Of a stretch of 64,000 nucleotides of DNA, positions 57,728 through 64,000 are shown one piece after another. Under the pieces are notes generated by a model. That model made no database searches. It worked only from the letters and a program-made list of their open reading frames with translations, and had not been told where the DNA came from. Position numbers and translations under genes: made by a program. Each line of letters begins with the position of its first letter. Position 1 is the first letter of the stretch. This DNA comes from an uncultured Gammaproteobacteria bacterium (lineage in GTDB: Bacteria > Pseudomonadota > Gammaproteobacteria > UBA9214): the NCBI GenBank assembly GCA_963824045.1, contig CAWGNW010000015.1:150812-214811 (forward strand), given 5' to 3'.

Positions 57728-58233
57728 CCCGGATTGCCTCCTGCTCGCTTCGGGCAACTATAACCGCAAACCGGCCATGTCTGCCAAACCGGCAATCCGG
57801 AAGACGTCCGGCCAAAAGGTTTCCAGGCATCGTCACCAATGACTGCCTGCACCGGGCCCAGGACTTCACGGGGCACATTCGCCCGCCAGCGCGCCGGCTA
57901 TTTCTCCCGGGCTTTCATGTCAGCACACAAGAGTATCAATAATGAGAGTCAGTCAACCGGGCCTGCTCCCGGGCGGCCCCCGGAAAGGGTTTGTGAATCT
58001 ATCTACCACAGACCTGAAGGAAACGACAGTACTGCCCGTTACAGGCTCGGCGCCAGTTTTTTGCCGGATACATGAGCTGATCAACGTCATCCTGCGTCAT
58101 TCAATGCAGAGGATCAAATTGCTTTAAAGTACGTTGCTGCTTAATCGCTGCAATTGTTCCGGGGTTATTTACCTCTCAATGCCAGGCAGAAAGTTCATGC
58201 GCACAACTGCTTCGGCAGCCGGACTCACGAAGG

Positions 58234-58620
58234 TCAGCGTGTGGCCCTGCTCGATCTGGCATCCAGACTGAACTCACCCGCGCCGTGTGAAACCAGCAGC
58301 AACAAACCGCCCGCAATCGCGAGATTTTTCATGAACATGATTGTCTGCATCTGGTCTCCAAAGTTCAGATGGAAAATAACAGCAGTGACAAGCGTGAAAC
58401 CTGCCAGGACCAGAGCAACAGGTCGGGTCTGCCAGCCAATCACAAGCAGGACAGGGCCTATGACCTCAAGGCCGATAACAAGCGGCAGCAACGCAGCTGG
58501 TACGCCCTGCGACTCCATGTAACCCTGAGTATCCGCGTAGGCGCCAATCTTGCCCAAGCCTGCCATAAAGAATATCGCAGAGAGTAATATACGTGCTGTC
58601 AAATCGATAAACTTGTTCAT
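58234..58620 (-). CDS. DoxX-family membrane protein
   Basis: AAGGAG SD. LLSAIFFMAGLGKI...VIGLEVIGPVLLVIG...AVIFH...NLAIAGGLLLL follows the typical four-helix DoxX pattern. Confidence 0.88.
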   Translation of the reverse strand: MNKFIDLTARILLSAIFFMAGLGKIGAYADTQGYMESQGVPAALLPLVIGLEVIGPVLLVIGWQTRPVALVLAGFTLVTAVIFHLNFGDQMQTIMFMKNLAIAGGLLLLVSHGAGEFSLDARSSRATR

Positions 58621-58708
58621 CTACATCTCCTTGCATGTTTGGCACAGGTCTTGACGGCCTGGCATCAGTATCAATATGTTCCCTGAGAGAGGACGCCAGA
58701 GCAATTCT

Positions 58709-59398
58709 CTAGGGCAAATCAAAGACCAGTGCTTCGCTGTTCTCCTCGCCTGCAAACTCTGCCACATCGACCGGTTTTACCGTGGCACCGTCACCGGCGC
58801 TCAAGCGTTCCCCGTTCACGCTGAGGGTACCCGAAACAACATGCACATAAAGCGTTCGCCCCGACCCCGGTGAATATGCCGTGGATTGACCCGCGCTCAA
58901 AACAAGCTGATACATGCAGGCATCCTGGTGTATCAATAAGGAACCTTCACGGCCATCGGGCGAGACAATCAGTTGCAAGCCTTCCCGGGCTGCAAAGCGT
59001 TTTTGCTGGTAGCCGGGTTTGATGCCGTAAGCATCGGGTTCGATCCAGATTTGCAGGAACTCCAGGGTCTCCGAGGTCGACGGGTTGTATTCGCTGTGTG
59101 TCACACCCGTGCCGGCACTCATGAGCTGGAATTCACCGGCCGGTAACTTTTCCACGTTACCCATGCTGTCCTTGTGTTCAATGGCCCCCTTTTTCACATA
59201 ACTGATGATTTCCATATCCTGGTGTGAATGCGTCGCAAAGCCACGCCCCGGTACGACCCTGTCATCATTTATCACACGCAGCGCCGAAACGCCCATGTGT
59301 TCGGGATCGTAATAATCCGCAAACGAAAAGCTGTGGCGACTCTGTAGCCAGCCGTGGTCTGCCTGGCCGCGTTCATTGCCGGGCCGTATCTCAATCAT
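58709..59398 (-). CDS. pirin-family protein (YhhW-like bicupin)
   Basis: GGGAGG SD. RHSFSFADYYDP...GFATHSHQDMEIISYV..G...H.DS.G matches the pirin N-terminal cupin metal-site motif. Confidence 0.92.
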   Translation of the reverse strand: MIEIRPGNERGQADHGWLQSRHSFSFADYYDPEHMGVSALRVINDDRVVPGRGFATHSHQDMEIISYVKKGAIEHKDSMGNVEKLPAGEFQLMSAGTGVTHSEYNPSTSETLEFLQIWIEPDAYGIKPGYQQKRFAAREGLQLIVSPDGREGSLLIHQDACMYQLVLSAGQSTAYSPGSGRTLYVHVVSGTLSVNGERLSAGDGATVKPVDVAEFAGEENSEALVFDLP

Positions 59399-59478
59399 GG
59401 TCTGCCTCCCGTATGGTGTTTGTTAAGCCTGGATCCAGCATATAGTCTCTATAGAACGAATAAACAGGCTTTAAGTGA

Positions 59479-60045
59479 ATGTATTGTTTCTCCAATGCAG
59501 ACAATATTGACCGCCTCATTAGTACGGTTATCTTCGTGGAGGTGGTGAACCAGGGAGGTTTCCCCGCGACGACTGTGAAATAGCAGTGTCGTACGCCCGG
59601 ACCAGCAAATCGGTATAAGGTAAGGAAGAGCCCCGCACACTGCCAACACCCTGCATGCCAGCGTCCTTGAACGTTCGCCATGCAACCCCTCTCTTTCGCC
59701 AGACCCACTTGCGCGACTATCCCGGACATCAGGCCAAACAGGCGGCTGAGAATCTTCTCGATCACACCGGGTCTTCGATGCAGGCGATCACTTTACATGT
59801 GTGTTGGCGATCCCCGGGGAGCCCTGTTCTCACCGCGACATCCGCAATGCGTCATGGACGGATGCCACAACCACTCGTCGCGCATGGCAATTCAGGTCCG
59901 ACGATGGTCGATGGGTAACCGGGCATGAAGGTCCTGCTGCAGCACGTCCCTGTCACAGGTGCAGAATTCTGATCTTCCGTTTCGGATTGAACCCGGACAC
60001 CCGGAGCCGAAATGCCTCCATGCCATCGTTTGGTTAACACCACGA
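59479..60045 (+). pseudogene. decayed, truncated LysR-family regulator (divergent from the pirin gene)
   Basis: ADNIDRLISTVIFVEVVNQGGF (a LysR HTH start) runs into TAG at 59581. Likely continuations sit in other frames: NSSVVRPDQQIG, then SLNVRHATPLFRQT..AENLLD, then ILIFRFGLNPDT. The region ends against the convergent 60056 gene, so less than two thirds of a LysR gene remains. Confidence 0.45.
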
Positions 60046-60055
60046 CTTCTTTACA

Positions 60056-60904
60056 TTATCGCTCTGCAGTCACGCCAGACTGACCGGACTCCTGAAAATG
60101 CAGGTCCCGCGAACCATTCGGGTTGTAGACATAGCGCAATGTGAGGTCGCGCCGAATGTCTGGCGAGGATTCCATGAAAAAGGCATCCGGATAGAACTCG
60201 ATTTTGGCATAGCGATCGTCCCGCGTGCGCACGAACAGGACACCGCCACCTGATCTGAAATCCAGTGCCACCGAACGCTGATAGTCATCGGACGGTGCAC
60301 TATCGGTGTAGGACAAAAACTGGTCGTCGACGCCAAGCGCCTCCCGGGTTACGTACCGGATACCACCCGCCTCCGGTGCCCGCAGCCGCATGCTGCCACG
60401 TGTGGACGGCTCAAGCTGGTCTGGAATGAGGTCCGCCCCGGCTGCATCCGCGACGCCGGCGCGGGAAAAACTCCAGCCGTAATAGCTGCCGTCAACGAAC
60501 TGCCCGAGCCGCAGAAAACCCTGCGGCAGCGGCTCATAGTCCTGAAGCAGTCGTTTCAGTCTCACCAGGATGCGGGCGTTCGGCGCATACCAGGACTGGT
60601 AATGCTGGTAACCGTCCAGGTCCACCGCAAGCCTGGCACTGTCTCCAACCCGGTAATGAATCGTGAAGTCGCCGGTTGAGTCGGTCCGCGTTTGCGTCAC
60701 ATGGGTCTTGTCCCAGACGAGACTCCCGCGGCTGACACCCCAGCCGGTCTGCGCGGTACTCACCACGGCGCCCTGCAGCGGCTCTCCGGTAGCATAGTCC
60801 GTCACCTGGCCGCTGATCTGTTTCTCGAAACGACAGCCGCCACTGGCCAGCATGCAAACCAGCAGCAGAATCGTGACAATCCGGACTTCGCAGCGCAGCA
60901 GCAT
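60056..60904 (-). CDS. exported or lipid-anchored protein of unknown function with carboxypeptidase-regulatory-like N-terminal domain
   Basis: The signal sequence ends in ...LLLVCMLASGGC (imperfect lipobox). ISGQVTDYATGEPLQGAVVS...TDSTGDFTI resembles CarboxypepD_reg. Confidence 0.7.
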   Translation of the reverse strand: MLLRCEVRIVTILLLVCMLASGGCRFEKQISGQVTDYATGEPLQGAVVSTAQTGWGVSRGSLVWDKTHVTQTRTDSTGDFTIHYRVGDSARLAVDLDGYQHYQSWYAPNARILVRLKRLLQDYEPLPQGFLRLGQFVDGSYYGWSFSRAGVADAAGADLIPDQLEPSTRGSMRLRAPEAGGIRYVTREALGVDDQFLSYTDSAPSDDYQRSVALDFRSGGGVLFVRTRDDRYAKIEFYPDAFFMESSPDIRRDLTLRYVYNPNGSRDLHFQESGQSGVTAER

Positions 60905-60922
60905 CTTGCCCTCCAGTACCGC

Positions 60923-61228
60923 TTACCCTGGCACGTGCAGGAACAGCCAGGCCAGCGCGATGCCGGATATCAGCAGCATCACCGCAGACAGCAAACGCGG
61001 TGACTCCCTGCGCAGCAGGGACAGGGCGGCCAGTACCAGCCCCGCCAGCAGCGCGCTGCAGATTCCCGCCAGGCCGGCGGCAAGTCCGCCGTAACCCGTC
61101 AGGTCCTCGGCCGGCGCAAAGCGGCTGGCGGCGAAGCGACCCGCGGGGATCGCCAGCAGCAGGAAGGTCGCGGCAAGCAGCGCCAGCCACGGTCGTTTGT
61201 TTTGCTGCGCCTGCGACTCCGGCCTCAT
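60923..61228 (-). CDS. small membrane protein (101 aa, 3 TM)
   Basis: GGTGAGG SD. Three hydrophobic stretches. Lies 18 nt upstream of the 60056-60904 gene. Confidence 0.6.
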   Translation of the reverse strand: MRPESQAQQNKRPWLALLAATFLLLAIPAGRFAASRFAPAEDLTGYGGLAAGLAGICSALLAGLVLAALSLLRRESPRLLSAVMLLISGIALAWLFLHVPG

Positions 61229-61403
61229 GTGTACCTCACCCCCTGTCCGTTATGGCCGAACCTGCCGGCCTGTTGCGGTTAAGGTAGCACCATGCCGTCC
61301 TCCTTGGCAGTACCTGTTGCGGCGTGTACTGTAGTGCAGCGGCAGGCATTCTCGATATGTTCACCGTTGCACACACCCGGCATGCGATAACGGAGGGATT
61401 TCC

Positions 61404-61868
61404 ATGAGTATTCATGCCCGCACCCTGCTGGCGCTGTGCCTGGCCTTTACAGGCCCGTCGCCTGCGGTCGCGGCCGACCCGCAGCCAGCCGCCGTTGCCG
61501 AACTGCTCGCCGCTGCCCGGCAACAGGTAACCCTCATCGACATGGCGGCCTTCAGGAAAATAATCGAATCTCCCGGCGAAGCGCTGATCATCGACGTGCG
61601 CGAACCTGACGAGTTCGCTGCCGGACATATCCCCGGCGCCATCAATATCCCCCGGGGGCAGGTCGAATTCCGCATCTGGCCCTATATCGGCTACCCGGAG
61701 CACCCGAATCTGGCAGCCGGGTTGTATCTCTACTGTGGCTGGGGCACGCGTTCCATCCTGGCCGCCCGCTCGCTGCAACAGCTCGGCCTGTCCCGTGTGA
61801 TTGCCGTGGACATGCGGCTGGCGGACTGGCAGGCCGCAGGCTACCCGCTGACGGAAGCGGAGTTCTAG
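61404..61868 (+). CDS. periplasmic rhodanese-domain sulfurtransferase
   Basis: GGAGGG SD. Signal peptide MSIHARTLLALCLAFTGPSPAVA|AD. LIIDVREPDEFAAGHIPGAINIPRG ... active-site loop YCGWGTRS. Confidence 0.88.
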   Translation: MSIHARTLLALCLAFTGPSPAVAADPQPAAVAELLAAARQQVTLIDMAAFRKIIESPGEALIIDVREPDEFAAGHIPGAINIPRGQVEFRIWPYIGYPEHPNLAAGLYLYCGWGTRSILAARSLQQLGLSRVIAVDMRLADWQAAGYPLTEAEF

Positions 61869-61870
61869 GT

Positions 61871-62794
61871 ATGCCGCCCCTGCCCGCCGGAGAGCCCCGC
61901 CCGGCACGCGGCCGCACCGGTCGCATGCAGCACGTTCTCGGAGATCCCTGGGCATTCCTGCTTAGCGTCATTGCCGGGTTTCGCGCCAACCAGGGCTTTC
62001 TGCTGGCCGGCGCCGTGGCCTATTACACCCTGCTCTCCCTGGTGCCGGTGCTGGCGCTGATCCTCATCGTGCTGTCGCAGCTGACGGACCTGCAGCTGCT
62101 GCTGGAAACCACGCGCGAATACCTTGGTCTGGTTGCGCCCGTGCAGGCACCGGACCTCACCGAGCAGATCGCGGCCTTCCTGGACAACTGGAAGGTGGTC
62201 GGGAGCCTGGGCCTGGTGATGCTGGTGATTTTCAGCTCGTTTGCCTTCACCACCCTGGAAAACGCCATGTCGGTGATCTTCCTGCACCGCGTGGCCATTC
62301 ACCGCCGCCACTTCCTGATCTCCGCGATCATTCCCTATTGCTACATCCTGTTTCTGGCGCTTGGCCTGTTCCTGGTCAGCACCGTGAGCGGTGCACTGCA
62401 CACCCTGGACGAACGGGCTTTCATCATCCTGGGGCAGTCCCTGTCGCTGCACGACTACGATGCCGGGGTGCTGTACACGTTCGGGATCATCGGTGAAATC
62501 CTGCTGCTGTCCTCGCTGTATCTCGTCATGCCAATCGGCCGCCTGGCGATACACCACGCGCTGATCGGCGGGATCACCGCTACCATCCTCTGGGAGCTGA
62601 CCCGGCATTTCATGGTCTGGTATTTTTCCACCCTGTCCATTGTCAACGTGGTGTATGGCACCTTCGCCACCGCCATCATCATCCTGCTCAGCCTGGAGGC
62701 GGCCGCCGTCATCCTGCTGCTGGGTGCGCAGGTGATATCGGAATACGAGCGTATCGTTGTCACCGGGGATGAAAGGCAGGGACTGCACACCTGA
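61871..62794 (+). CDS. YihY/BrkB-family membrane protein
   Basis: FRANQGFLLAGAVAYYTLLSLVPVLALILIVLS is the family N-terminal signature. About 6 TM segments. The start is uncertain (61871 or ATG 61925). Confidence 0.85.
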   Translation: MPPLPAGEPRPARGRTGRMQHVLGDPWAFLLSVIAGFRANQGFLLAGAVAYYTLLSLVPVLALILIVLSQLTDLQLLLETTREYLGLVAPVQAPDLTEQIAAFLDNWKVVGSLGLVMLVIFSSFAFTTLENAMSVIFLHRVAIHRRHFLISAIIPYCYILFLALGLFLVSTVSGALHTLDERAFIILGQSLSLHDYDAGVLYTFGIIGEILLLSSLYLVMPIGRLAIHHALIGGITATILWELTRHFMVWYFSTLSIVNVVYGTFATAIIILLSLEAAAVILLLGAQVISEYERIVVTGDERQGLHT

Positions 62795-62949
62795 AGCGCG
62801 CCGTGCAGTGCAAAACAACATATTGTCAACGCACCGGGAGATCACTTACCCTGAAAGCCGCTAGCAGGGACCTGCCAGACTCAGGTTCACAGGATAGTTG
62901 CCTGAACCCGCGGCTGCAATCCGGTTTCAAGCAGTATTTTGAGGATGAA

Positions 62950-63105
62950 ATGCACCCTGATGTATTACCTCCGGTAGCCACCGACAGTGATTCCCTGGCT
63001 GCGTCCCGGAGGAACACCGTGCTGCGGCGCGATCGTGGACAGGTGATCATGCTACAGGAGTTTATTGCAACGATGGAGTTCAGACACAAGGAATCAACAT
63101 GCTGA
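62950..63105 (+). CDS. tiny hydrophilic ORF (51 aa), speculative
   Basis: GAGGATGAA precedes ATG 62950. Its stop overlaps the next ATG (ATGCTGA). No homology judgement is possible. Confidence 0.3.
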   Translation: MHPDVLPPVATDSDSLAASRRNTVLRRDRGQVIMLQEFIATMEFRHKESTC

Positions 63106-63215
63106 AATATGAACGTCACCTGCTTGTCGTAACCATCATCGCCGTGGTCATCATTGTGGTAGCGGTTGCGGCCATCATCCTGGAAATACCGCTGCCGTTT
63201 ATCGGCAAGGCATAA
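63099..63215 (+). CDS. tiny single-TM peptide ORF (38 aa), speculative
   Basis: MLKYERHLLVVTIIAVVIIVVAVAAIILEIPLPFIGKA, with AAGGAA 5 nt upstream. Below the ORF-track size cutoff. Confidence 0.3.
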   Translation: MLKYERHLLVVTIIAVVIIVVAVAAIILEIPLPFIGKA

Positions 63216-63234
63216 AGCGGTTTCTCCGGCGCCG

Positions 63235-63576
63235 TCACGGTAGCCCCGCCTGGCCCTGCGACCGGGCGACGAAGTAGTAGTCACGCCGGCCCATGAAAGC
63301 CGTCTCGTCATCGGTTTCCTCGCTGGTCCAGTCCAGCGCTGCGTGGAAGCTCCAGGTGGCAACCCGCTTGTGCAGCTCCGCTCTTGAATTCGCACGGCGC
63401 GTTTCGCGGGTGTACACCGTTGTCTCGTGGCAGGACATACAGTGGTTTTCGTATAAGGCCTTGCCGCGGTCGAAGGACTCCGCGGACCGCCGCCGGCAAT
63501 GTCCGGCATCCTGCTGTATGGCCGGCGCACCGCGGGGGGTAACAAGACTGGATCCACGCCAGTCGGAAATATCCTG
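63235..63576 (-). pseudogene. remnant of a small c-type cytochrome (no start codon or signal peptide)
   Basis: The open frame ...FDRGKALYENHCMSCHETTVYTRE...LHKRVATWSF...WTSEETDDETAFMGRRDYYF carries a CxxCH haem motif. The only ATG is the Met inside CMSCH. The frame is closed by TGA at 63577-63579 and there is no hydrophobic leader. Confidence 0.4.
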
Positions 63577-63897
63577 TCAGGTCTGTCCCGGCTGACTGAC
63601 ATAACTGTCAGATCACCTGACAGAATTGTTGCCCGGTTTCCCAGTCATTCCCGTCCGGCTACGAAGCCTGTACTGGAATGTGTCTAGAATTCATACAGGT
63701 TTTACGGGTACCCGGCATGCAAGCATGATTGGCACGTAGATTGCGTTGCTAAGGTGACGATTATTCCGGCACAAGACCGGGCGGGTGACAGGAAGTTGTG
63801 TGCAAACACCCAACCTGTTTACCCGGGCAAGTTCTCAATAACGAAAAACGAATTCCGCGACCACCCGGCGACGGGTACGAACGGAGGGGGAAGTCAA

Positions 63898-64000
63898 ATG
63901 AAATGTACATTGCTCGTACGGGCAGCAACCTGTATTGCGGCGGCCGTCCTCATGTCTACCGGTCTGTCCGCACTGGCGGCAACAGCCAACATCACACCCG
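63898..64000 (+). CDS. secreted protein, N-terminal fragment (3' end outside window)
   Basis: GGAGGGGGAAG SD. MKCTLLVRAATCIAAAVLMSTGLSALA|ATA is a signal peptide. The ORF runs off the window. Confidence 0.6.
   Translation, partial: MKCTLLVRAATCIAAAVLMSTGLSALAATANITP

Noticed and set aside
57758-58233. 475-bp gap between apaH and doxX, including a possible 33-aa minus-strand ORF (MTQDDVDQLMYPAKNWRRACNGQYCRFLQVCGR).
   Set aside because: No SD and no supporting signal. Left unannotated.
62826-63602. 258-aa minus-strand ORF spanning the right-end intergenic region.
   Set aside because: Pro/Arg/Gly/Ser-rich translation with no SD. It overlaps the better-supported cytochrome-like frame and the two tiny plus-strand ORFs.

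Overview
This is a 64-kb chromosomal segment of roughly 60% GC. Its conserved genes (uup, ybiT, typA/bipA, sthA, rdgC, greB, yegQ, arfB, trxC, apaH, phhA) look gammaproteobacterial. I call about 57 protein-coding genes and 3 candidate decayed genes. I found no rRNA, tRNA, CRISPR array, transposase or integrase by eye.

Main blocks, left to right:
- LysR gene tail, followed by a 163-bp palindromic element.
- A membrane-anchored SGNH-hydrolase/TPR gene (742-2712). It has a mosaic paralogue 40.7 kb away (41428-43500), and the two share a 988-nt tract with one mismatch.
- An anion-transporter block on the minus strand: SLC13 with TrkA-C domains, ArsB/NhaD-type, PiT and DUF47.
- A four-gene signalling operon with overlapping stop/start codons: a 1264-aa PAS/GAF histidine kinase, a CheY-like receiver, a receiver-PP2C phosphatase and an extended STAS protein. 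No partner-switching kinase is present.
- uup.
- A compact soluble NAD-reducing [NiFe] hydrogenase operon, hoxFUYHW.
- A gene fusing an FKBP-like domain to a methyltransferase.
- phhA with a divergent Lrp-type regulator.
- Two large secreted proteins of unknown function, with a perfect 28-bp tandem repeat in a 750-bp non-coding leader.
- Housekeeping genes: typA, sthA, rdgC, HIT, csp, greB, yegQ.
- A Sel1-repeat protein and an LTA-synthase-like transferase.
- arfB and trxC.
- A 1207-aa conserved protein of unknown function with a downstream 61-aa Cys-pair protein.
- ybiT.
- A run of envelope and thiol-redox genes: TlpA-like, glutaredoxin-like, DoxX, pirin, rhodanese.

Two REP-like repeat families recur at gene 3' ends. 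Nothing in the window resembles a known defence system or mobile element.

The most unusual observations are:
- the gene-conversion-like paralogue mosaic;
- the kinase-less partner-switch operon;
- the secreted-protein pair with iteron-like repeats;
- the large unknown protein;
- three decayed genes: a C7 homopolymer frameshift, a LysR remnant and a cytochrome c remnant.

All functional calls come from reading the translations. No database search was run.
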